Shown here piece after piece: positions 8,417 to 17,104 of a stretch of DNA of 32,000 bases. Position 1 is the first letter of the stretch. Each line of letters begins with the position of its first letter. The notes under the pieces are model-generated. The model searched no databases. It was given only the letters and a program-made list of their open reading frames with translations, and was not told the DNA's origin. The DNA lies in assembly GCA_046350815.1 (NCBI GenBank), contig JAXLZO010000001.1, positions 690,001-722,000 of the forward strand, in the 5' to 3' direction. This DNA comes from Candidatus Saccharimonadota bacterium (GTDB lineage: Bacteria; Patescibacteriota; Gracilibacteria; BD1-5; UBA2023). The position numbers and the translations under genes are program-made.

Positions 8417-9293
8417 ATTTTCTTTGCTGGAGGTATCCGAGATATCTCTGCCACTGATGGATTGGCATCATTGCAAGCTCTATGTGATAGGTTTCTGGTC
8501 TGATGTACTTTACTTGACGAGCAATATCGATAAATCTGCTTAGGTCATTATAAAATCTCTGACGGTCTGCGCTACTATATCCTTCGATACGTTTATAGAA
8601 TGCATATCTTTGGTCATTTACTATTCACATTTGTACATAGGCTCGCTTGAGTCACTCAGAGAAAAATGCAAGGATTTCTTCTTGTAGGTCATCATAGACA
8701 CAGACCTCATACATAGACCTACCTCATCATTTGCCGTAGTAGTCCATGCCGATGATATGATTGCGAAAATGTGTGAGCTCATGAGTAGTGGTAGAGCTGG
8801 TATCATGTCCCGAGCAGTTGACACAAACAGGGATCTCTTTCCCATCAAAGTGGAGCACTTTGTAAAAACCACTTGCACGATCTTCTTGGGAGAACTGCTC
8901 TTTCCTCTTCGCAAACTTGGCAAAGAGGAGATCTTGCATATTTGAAAACTCAATGATGAGAACTGGTCAATGATTTTTGATATCCATGGTGCCGACAAAC
9001 TTTTCTGGTCGAAATCCAAAGAGTCGCCCTACTTGTACCTGAGATGATTCGGCTCCATGTTTTTTCAAGAAATAAGATATCCCATCTGAATATCTCTGTA
9101 TTCGATGAAATGCTTGGATAAAATACCCATGGAGCACCTCGTCGACTTGTGAGAGGACTTTTTGTTTGATAGCGAGTATATCATAGTTTTCTTTTCATGC
9201 GAGTATCTTTTCCGCTGATTGGATTGCTTCGGATCCGTTCTGGATAGACGCAACATAGTCATTTCGCTGCTGTTCGTATGTTGATTTGTTCAT
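8415..9293 (-). CDS. HExxH-motif protein (putative zinc metallopeptidase), 292 aa
   Basis: One frame runs from ATG 9291-9293 to TAA 8415-8417 through 7 TGA, checked block by block. Motif: CVNCSGHDTSSTTTHELTHFRNHI. No signal peptide. Family not recognised. Confidence 0.55.
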
Positions 9294-9327
9294 ATCAGAG
9301 TATTATTTATATAATGAAATTTCTGTC

Positions 9328-9347
9328 AATACCTATTCATAGGTATT
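9328..9347. promoter_or_regulatory. perfect 9-2-9 palindrome in a divergent intergenic region (candidate operator)
   Basis: AATACCTAT-tc-ATAGGTATT lies between the HExxH gene (start 9293) and the Fic gene (start 9414). Confidence 0.35.
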
Positions 9348-9413
9348 CTGTTACAGTATTTTGACTTTGAGTTTAGATTATGATACCATTTGTCCGTAAG
9401 ATATATTTTATAT

Positions 9414-10448
9414 ATGGAAAATATTATTTCTCCTGATGATGACTGAAACATATCAAAAGACCAGTATGTAAAAATATCATTGATGAATACTGGGGTGAGA
9501 GTATCGAAGATTTTGAATATGACTCACTTTTTAGAGATTCGAAATAATCCAGAATCATTTGAAAAATGGATCCAAGAAATGAACTATAAGACTTTTATTC
9601 ATTTGCTTATTCAATGGAATGGTATATTACGTGGATCCAAAAAAATAGATCGAGATATTGATGGGGTAAATGTCGCTGTTGCTTCTTGGGTTCCACCGAG
9701 TGAGCATATAAAATCAAAAATACTCAGAAAGACATTTGATGTAGTAAAAAAACTAGAAAATCCAAACGATAGAGCAGACTTGCTAACATATATGCTCCAG
9801 TTTCTTCATATATTCAGCGATGGTAATGGGAGGCTTGGTCGGTTTATTCATTCATTGCTAGATGGTACGAATAATCTCAATGCTCAGTATCTTGCTAAGA
9901 TATTAGATCATAATATGGAGGGTAACGATGGCTATCGGGTTTATAAACATACAAAACATATAAATCCTGAAAAATATTATCCATATTTTTCAATATTCGT
10001 GAACTCTCTCTTATTCGAAGAGAGAGAATACCAAACTAAGCCCTGAGTTCCATATTTAAATTTAGATGGAATTTGGAATCAAAAAATTGCTCGTGATTGG
10101 GAAGAAAAATCACCAAAATTTGCATCAAGAGTTATTCAAATCCTTGCTGAAATGGATGAACAATCTGGGGGATCGGATAAATTTAATGGGGTAGTTTTGT
10201 TAAAATTTCTGATCGAAAAATGACTCGATTCTTCTCGTTTTATAGATAATTCAAATGTAAGTTTTATTCGATTAGTGGTAGATGAAGAATTTTTATTGTC
10301 ACTTTCCGGAGAAGATATTGCTCGATTGTATACTATTCATGATGATGTAAAATTATTTTTACTTGATCGACTGATAGATGTCTATATGTCACCTGATGAG
10401 TACAGACTTTCGAATGGGGTACTCTTACGAGATATCATGAGAATATAA
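9414..10448 (+). CDS. Fic/DOC-family protein (putative AMPylase/NMP-transferase), 344 aa
   Basis: Canonical Fic motif HIFSDGNGRLGRF (HxFx[DE]GNGRxxR). The ORF runs from ATG 9414 through 3 TGA (9444, 10044, 10221) to TAA 10446-10448, verified codon by codon. Confidence 0.85.
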
Positions 10449-10505
10449 AACTTACCTAAAATTAGGCTATGACGGAATTTCACGAGCACACCTTTTAAAC
10501 TTTTT

Positions 10506-10916
10506 CTATTGTCCCCATACTATCTCTCGTACACTTCGTCAAATCTCCTCCACACACTCAAACTCCACCACCTCACGAGCCACCGATCTGAATCTCTCAT
10601 GTCCGAGTCACTGCTTGATCACAAGTACGATCGGGAGTCACATTTCCTGTGCTCGCTCGAGCTCGAGGATCATCCCTTTGCTCTCTGTCTCTGACTGAAT
10701 ATACGCGATCATGAGGTCAGATCATTGCATTGCTTTGAGACAATACGCATAGTTGTCATCGGCAGTCATATGCTGCTCCTCGAAGTAGGGGATGAGCCAG
10801 AGTGAGCAAAATACTATATGTCCGAGTGACTCGAGTGTATCGGTGATGGTGCGCAAGGCGATGGTGAGTGATGGGATATCTTCGCCAGTGTAGCGATGAG
10901 AGAGGAATATCTTCAT
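10506..10916 (-). CDS. nucleoside 2-deoxyribosyltransferase-like / TIR-like Rossmannoid protein (136 aa)
   Basis: MKIFLSHRYTGEDIPSL... (beta-A-like start) and ...SDLMIAYIQSETESKGMILELERAQEM-G-LPIVLVIKQ (acidic Glu after a Gly loop, as in NDT/TIR-like folds). 4 in-frame TGA; ends in TAG 10506-10508. The start could instead be 10976. Confidence 0.45.
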
Positions 10917-11250
10917 AAATATCGAGAAAAACGAGAGGAAAATGTGAGTATTGAGATGTATTGTATGTATTATCATATTTTTTCATATTTCCTTTCATCT
11001 CAAAAATGAGGAATAAAATATTTTTTATTATTATTATTATGTAAGTGATCTTAGAATTAATCTAAGAAAAACCATGGTATATGCAAAACTTATTTTACTA
11101 TTTTTTCTTCCCATTCTCACAATTTCCCATATACTCACCTAGCTAAAATATACACATTCTTGAAGTATTTCTTTTAATACTCAAACAAATTAAAGGGCAA
11201 CTAATTGTTGCTCAGCCCTTTGATTGTTCTTTTGAGTATGAAAAGGTGTG

Positions 11251-11304
11251 TATGTTTTAGCGAACTTGAGCGCATTGGTTGCCCTTTTGTTTCGCTAAAA
11301 CATA
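11251..11304. repeat. 14-bp perfect inverted repeat with a 26-nt loop upstream of mod
   Basis: TATGTTTTAGCGAA (11251-11264) pairs with TTCGCTAAAACATA (11291-11304). The loop contains GTTGCCCTTT (11278-11287), which is complementary to AAAGGGCAAC (11192-11201). Confidence 0.6.
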
Positions 11305-11343
11305 TTTTCAATTCAAGTCGTCATTTTAGCATTTACTTTGTAG

Positions 11344-13035
11344 ATGCTTTTTTGTATGGATACTCAGCTCAAAAAGTGAAGATTTACCGAATATGGCAAC
11401 CGCATCGGACTGATGCTCGCCCAGTCGGGAGAGGTAGTGCTTTCGTTTCCGTTCAAGGATGCGATCCTCGAGGGTGGGATGAGTCGTGAGGATACGGGGA
11501 GAGAGGAGAGATTCTTTCATCTTTCCCAAGATCGCTCAGATATCGATACACTTCAGGAGCGAAAGGTGCTGACGGGTTTTCGTCGTATCGACTCGAGCGG
11601 GGATCATGAGATCACGAGTCCTGAGGAGGTTGAGTTCTTCGATAATGAGTGAGAGCTTCGCTCTAATCTCCTGATCAAAGGCAATAATCTCGTTGCACTC
11701 TACACCCTCCGTGATCGCCTCGCGGGCAAAGTGAAGCTCATCTATATCGATCCACCCTACAATACGGGCAATGATGGATTTCGCTATAATGACAATTTCA
11801 ATCACTCGACGTGGCTCGCATTTATGAAAAATCGTCTCGAGATAGCGAGAGAATTACTCAGAGATGATGGAGTCATATTTGTGCAGTGTGATGATAATGA
11901 ACAAGCGTATCTCAAAGTATTGATGGATGAAGTGTTTGGGAGAGAGAATTTTGTCGGTGATTATATATGGAAGAACAAACTTTGATGATGAAATGATTCT
12001 AGTATTTTTGTTTCTGAGCATGAGTATACTGTTGTATTTGCGAAAGTTATTTCCAATATAACTCCATTTACTGAATTAAATGTAGATAATGGAAAATATT
12101 TGTACGAAGATGAATTTGTGCACGAGCGAGGAAAATATGCAATAGAAGCACTCTACCGTAGCTCTATACAATTTTCAGAAAGTTTATTTTACCCAATAGA
12201 AGCACCAGACGGTACGTTGATTTACCCAAATGAGAGCGATAAAAATAGTGATAAGCACATATGGAGATGGTCAAAGCAAACATTTGAGAAGAAAAAATCA
12301 GAAGGAAGAATAGAGTTTAAAAAAACAAAGAATGGTTGGCGTGTTTTTAGTAAACAGTATTTTTTGCAGGATGATGATTGAAATGAACGGCGATTAAAGA
12401 GTCGCAGTATTATTGATTTTATAGGGAATAGACAGTGAACAGAGCATTTAAAGGATATGTTTGGTGGTAAATTTTTTAATAATCCAAAACCAGAAGAGAT
12501 CATTGAATATTTTGTTCAAATCTCCACTCAACCCTGAGACATCGTCCTCGACTACCACCTTGGCTCCGGCACGACCGCCGCAGTGGCTCACAAGATGGGG
12601 AGACGGTGGATCGGGATTGAGCAGATGGACTATATCCAGGATATTGCGAAGGTGAGACTCCAGAAAGTGATCGAGGGAGAGCAAGGTGGGATATCGAAGA
12701 ATGTTGGGTGGCAGTGAGGAGGGGAGTTTGTGTATCTAGAGCTCAAGACCTATAACGGTGAGTATCTCGAGAGGATCGAGCTTGCTCGCACCAAGGAGGA
12801 GCTTCATCGGGTCTATGCGGATATGGCGCGCAATGCTTTTCTCCAGTTTTGGTTCGATCGTCGAGACTTCGAGCGAGATGGATACAAGGCACTCCCGCTT
12901 GAGGAGCAACGAGTCAAGCTCCGTGAGATCCTCGATCTCAATCACCTCTACCTCAACTACCAAGATATGCGTGATGCTCGTCATCGCGTGTCGCCGATAG
13001 ATCAGTCCCTCACCGATGCGTTCTATGGCAGCTAA
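11344..13035 (+). CDS. mod: Type III restriction-modification DNA methyltransferase (Mod, N6-adenine)
   Basis: VLSFPFKDAILEGG..NLLIKGNNLVAL..GKVKLIYIDPPYNTGNDGFRYND (motif IV DPPY), W.[59 protein letters not shown] (motif I). 9 in-frame TGA. I verified row by row that no TAA/TAG occurs before 13033-13035. The start could be 11356. Confidence 0.9.
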
Positions 13036-15796
13036 CAAACAATGATCACCGCAGAGGGTCGGGGCGACTCTTGGGGATTTTCTCTTTGCCCGTATCCGAG
13101 ACGATGCGGTATTTCAGGTTTGGACGAAGCACTATGATATCCCGAGCTTCATCACGGACAATCTCCATCCGTCCAAGCAGCTGCGACCATACCAAGAGGA
13201 AGCGGTCAAGTATTTCATCTACCTCTTCGAGTCCGGAGATCGTGAGGCGTGCAAGCATCTCCTCTTCAATATGGCGACCGGTACTGGCAAGACGCTCGTG
13301 ATGGCGTGTGTGATCCTCTATCTCTACGAGCGTGGGTATCGTCATTTTGTTTTTCTCGTGCATCAGGTGCAGATCCTCGCACAGGCGAGGAAGAATTTCA
13401 CAGAATATAGCTTCGACAAATACCTCTTTCATCCAAATGGGATCTCGTTCAACGGTCGCAAGGTACGATCGCGATGTATCGAGAGCTTCGAGGAGGCAAA
13501 TGATGGTGATATCAATATCATGTTTTTATCCACTTCGCTTTTCTACAATCGTATCCGAGAAGACGGGGAGAATCGCCTCTGTGCAGAGGATTTTGCCACT
13601 CGAGATGTGGTCATCATCGCGGATGAGGCTCATAGGCTCAATGTCGAGACTCGCAAGACTAAATCAGCCACCGAAGAGGAAGAAGTGCTCAACTGGGAGT
13701 CGGCGGTGATGGGTGCGATCTCGGCTCGTCCCTCCAATATGCTCATCGAGTTCACGGCGACGGTGGATCTCTCCAATCGCAATATCCATGCAAAGTACCG
13801 TGACAAGCTCGTGTACAAATATGATTTCCTCGATTTCAATCGGGCAGGATACTGCAAAGATGTGCAATTTCTCTACAACAATGAGACCCAAGTCGAAGAT
13901 CAGAAGCGGCTTCTTATCGTCCATGCGGTGGCACTCTCTCAGTATCGCAAGATCCTCTTTCGCCTCTTGGTGGGCGTGGAGATCCATCCGGTCATACTCG
14001 TCAAGTCTCGTCGTATCGCCGATAGTGAGGCAGATCGGGAGTTTTTCCACTCGGTCATATCCGATCTCTCACCTCGAGATTTTGACAAGCTCCGCCAGAC
14101 GGAGAATGATGAAAATCATCTCATATCAAATATCTTCGGTGAGCTCTCGGCTCGTCGTATCTCTATCGAGCAATTTATCGCAGATATTCGCCATGATTTT
14201 GCCCTCGAGAATACGCTCATCTACAATAGCCAGAAAAAAGAACGATCCGAACTCCTCGCAGATCTCGATCATGCTCGCAATCGCGTACGAGCGATATTCT
14301 CAGTCAACGCTCTCAATGAGTGATGGGATGTCCTCTCGCTCTTTGATATTATCCATTTTGATATCGGTGCGGACAAGAAAGTCTCACTCCAAGATATTCA
14401 GCTCATCGGGCGTGGGGCGAGATATTGTCCATTTTCGCTGCCTGAGGATTTTCAGATCGGTGGACTCTTCGGGTCGTATGAGAGCGTGCGTGACAAGCGC
14501 AAATTTGACCAAGTGCGATATGAGAGTGCTCGCATCCTCGAGACTTTTTTCTATCATTTCGTCAAGACAGGGATGTTTCTCGAAAATCTCCAGCAAGAGC
14601 TCATGGGCGAGGGGATCATCAGCGAGTGAGTCGAGCGACGCACGATCCGTCTCAAGTCGGGGTTTCTCCAGTCTGATACCTGGCAAAATGGATTTGTCCT
14701 CGTCAATCGCACCGAGAAGCGTACTCGGACGACGGATGAAGAGCGAGAAGCGACTTTTGATAAGGTGCTCAAAGTCTCGTCGTATACGCTCCGATCACGA
14801 GGTCTGACGAACCGTGAAGAGAATATGATCCTCTCAGATATAGCGGTCGGAGAGATATCGATCGTTCGGGATTTTAGTCGACATATCCTCTACAAGGCGT
14901 TGGTGAGAGCAGAGAATGGATTTTTTCGATTTGGTCACCTGAGAGAGCATCTTCCGGATATCGAGAGCATCGATGAATTCATCGACTCATATCTCTCGCG
15001 ATACAGTGTCACCTATCAGTATGAGCGCGGTAAGGATATCGAGCACCTTGATCCGTATGAGAAGCTCCAGCTCTTGGTCGGAGTGATCCTCCCAGAGATC
15101 CGCAAAGTGATCGATCGGAGTCTCCCAAAAGTGGTGGGGAGTACAGTGTTTCGTCCGGTATCGATCTCACAGGTATTCGAACAAGAGAAAAATCTCCATT
15201 TTATCTCTTTTCCTATTCCTGATCCTCTCACGGGTGAAGTGACCTATACCAATAGCGATGAGAAATCAAAACCTCAGAGCGATCATGACAATCCCACTCT
15301 TGCACTCGATATCTCGAAGCGTGATTGGTACGTGTATGATGAGAGCTATGGGACGAGTGAAGAGAAAAAGTTTGTGAAGTTTATCGATTCAAAGGTATGA
15401 GCTCTCAGGTCTCGCTATCTGTGAGCAGAGATATTTCTCGTGCGAAATGAACTCGATTATTGGATGTTTGCTCCAAAGAGTGGCAAGAGGTTCTCTCCGG
15501 ATTTTCTTCTCTTTATCAATGATGTGGTGAATAAGAAACTCTACTATCAGTGTATATTTGAGGTCAAATGAGGTCATCTCCTCGAGATCGACTCCTGGAA
15601 AGAAGAAGCGATCCTTGATATTGACCGACTCTCCCAGATATCTCTCGACTCTCACGACGATGGGTGGTCACCAGAGCGAAGATCATATCTCGAGTGATAT
15701 GATGAGATCAAAAATATCGGATATAGTTTCTACAATAGTGAGATGCGAGATACCGAGTTTCGAGCGGAGTTCGATGAGAAAATGGGCTTGAGATAA
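13016..15796 (+). CDS. res: Type III restriction enzyme Res subunit (SF2 helicase plus C-terminal PD-(D/E)xK nuclease)
   Basis: LRPYQEEAV, MATGTGKTLVMA (motif I), IIADEAHRL (DEAH), ALNE-G-WDV, LIGRGARY (motif VI), and C-terminal SPDFLLF...CIFEVK-G (nuclease). Pieces 13271-14323 and 14765-15400 and the tail are joined by 7 TGA. It overlaps the mod stop by 20 nt (11 nt if the ATG at 13025 is used). Confidence 0.9.
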
Positions 15797-15827
15797 TAGC
15801 TCTTGCATTGTTCACAGTGAATTGCTC

Positions 15828-15854
15828 TTGACAACTTGTTTGATTCCCTAGAAT
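15828..15854 (+). promoter_or_regulatory. sigma-70-like promoter
   Basis: TTGACA (15828-15833), a 15-nt spacer, then TAGAAT (15849-15854). The spacer is shorter than optimal. Confidence 0.4.
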
Positions 15855-15883
15855 GATCGAACCGTTAAACAAGGAGTACGGTC

Positions 15884-16024
15884 ATGAGAAAGAAGGGGTA
15901 CGTCGTTATTTTGTTGTTGAATATGGTATTGCTCACAGCTCTATCTGTGCTCTATATTTACCAGCAGCAACAGAGTAAACATAAAAATATCAATCCAGTT
16001 ATTAATATAATAACAATAGAATAA
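15884..16024 (+). CDS. 46-aa single-TM peptide
   Basis: AAGGAG (15871-15876) lies 7 nt before the ATG. The product is MRKKGYVVILLLNMVLLTALSVLYIYQQQQSKHKNINPVINIITIE. It has its own terminator. Confidence 0.6.
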   Translation: MRKKGYVVILLLNMVLLTALSVLYIYQQQQSKHKNINPVINIITIE

Positions 16025-16032
16025 TTTGGAAT

Positions 16033-16060
16033 AAAAAGCTCATAGACATATGAGCTTTTT
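16033..16060. terminator. intrinsic terminator (symmetric A-run/T-run)
   Basis: AAAAAGCTCATA-gaca-TATGAGCTTTTT. Confidence 0.7.
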
Positions 16061-16087
16061 CTTTATCTTAATAGGATAGAGTATTCC

Positions 16088-16114
16088 TTGACAAAATATT
16101 TTCTTTCTTACAAT
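16088..16114 (+). promoter_or_regulatory. sigma-70-like promoter
   Basis: TTGACA (16088-16093), a 15-nt spacer, then TACAAT (16109-16114). Confidence 0.4.
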
Positions 16115-16141
16115 CTTTCTTCGTTGCAAATCCGCAACACC

Positions 16142-16276
16142 ATGGAGAAAATAATGGATGCTAAAAAAGTCGTTTCCTTTACGAAAAATAATCCTTTCGC
16201 GTACCGTTACGCAGATGGTTATGTAAGTATTGCGATTGCAGTGCTCATCGGTTTGGTCTTTTTCGGGTTAAACTAA
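16142..16276 (+). CDS. 44-aa C-terminally anchored single-TM peptide
   Basis: MEKIMDAKKVVSFTKNNPFAYRYADGYVSIAIAVLIGLVFFGLN. An alternative start is ATG 16154, preceded by GGAG. A strong terminator follows. Confidence 0.5.
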   Translation: MEKIMDAKKVVSFTKNNPFAYRYADGYVSIAIAVLIGLVFFGLN

Positions 16277-16299
16277 TTCAGTTTGTATACAAAGGAGAA

Positions 16300-16323
16300 A
16301 AAACCGGTCGTTTGACCGGTTTT
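16300..16323. terminator. bidirectional intrinsic terminator
   Basis: AAAACCGGTC-gttt-GACCGGTTTT. The stop codon of the convergent gene (16323-16325) abuts its right arm. Confidence 0.7.
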
Positions 16324-17087
16324 TAATTTCCTAGAGTTTTTAGGATGGAGTTAAGAATCGTACTGGATCCAGTGAATTGAAAAGTATTATCCTTGAGTTC
16401 GCCCTTTGCACCTATTTTTTCGATACTTGCTTTTAGAGAACTGAGCGTATCTTTGTTTGATCATGTGATGGTTCATTTGAGTATATTCCCTTGAGATTGG
16501 ATGTTATAACGAACAAAATCCCCATTTACTTCACGATACCCACTATAATTTGCATCGGATGTTGGCTTGCTGTCTTGTCTCATAATAACTGTAGGACGAT
16601 CAAACATTCGATCCATCATTACTTGATGTGATCTTTGCATCCTCTGCATATCTTGCATCATATCATTGAAATCCTGATCGACAGGTCACATAGGCATCCA
16701 GTTGCTATGACGATAGTATGATGGTCGATCATCTAATTCTTGCATCATACCCATGAAATTCTCATAGCGATCGTTTGCGCGATGGATCTTCTTCTCATAA
16801 CATCCGATCGTGACTGCAAGGAGAAGAATGAGTGCTATCACAAGCCACCAAGCCGGATGAAGCGTGCGACACATACTAGAACAACGACCGAGGAGTGAGG
16901 ATTTTGTTGCTGGTGATGTGTTGTTATCCGTGTTCGTGCTATCCTCCGTTTTGATAGATTCCGATGTGGATGTGTTCGCACTTGACTCGGATGCTTCATT
17001 ATGAGAAGAAGCATCCGTCGTGTCTCGTGAAGTAGCCTCTTCGATTGATGTTTCCTTCTCTGGAGAGGAATGATCTTTTTTATGCAT
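16323..17087 (-). CDS. membrane-anchored protein with a low-complexity N-terminus and Met-rich segments (254 aa)
   Basis: Pieces 16686-17087 and 16473-16661 plus the tail are in one frame through 3 TGA. The N-terminus is S/T/E/D-rich, followed by the TM helix WWLVIALILLLAVTIGCY, then MGMMQELDD and NDMMQDMQRMQRSHQVMMDRMF. Confidence 0.6.
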
Positions 17088-17104
17088 AGGTGGGATTATA
17101 GAAA

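Noticed and set aside
11025-11039. (TTA)5 microsatellite as a phase-variation switch for the neighbouring defence genes
   Set aside because: It is short and sits in an AT-rich intergenic region. It is not inside a coding region or between -35 and -10 elements that I can identify. Type III mod phase variation normally uses intragenic repeats, and none are present.
11074-11142. 22-aa hydrophobic micro-ORF (MVYAKLILLFFLPILTISHILT) upstream of the R-M island
   Set aside because: It has no SD, promoter or terminator support, unlike the two micro-genes at 15884 and 16142. A hydrophobic ORF of this length is expected by chance in T-rich DNA.
11205-11489. 94-aa plus-strand ORF upstream of and overlapping the mod start
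   Set aside because: It is out of frame with mod, has no motifs, and covers the inverted-repeat region. The in-frame N-terminus of Mod (GRFTEYGNRIGL...VLSFPFKDAILEGG) explains the coding signal from 11344 on.
13713-14807. 364-aa standard-code ORF (the longest in the track)
   Set aside because: It is an alternative frame inside res. Its product is low-complexity and Ser/Arg/Ile-rich with no motifs, whereas the overlapping frame carries helicase motifs I, II, V and VI.
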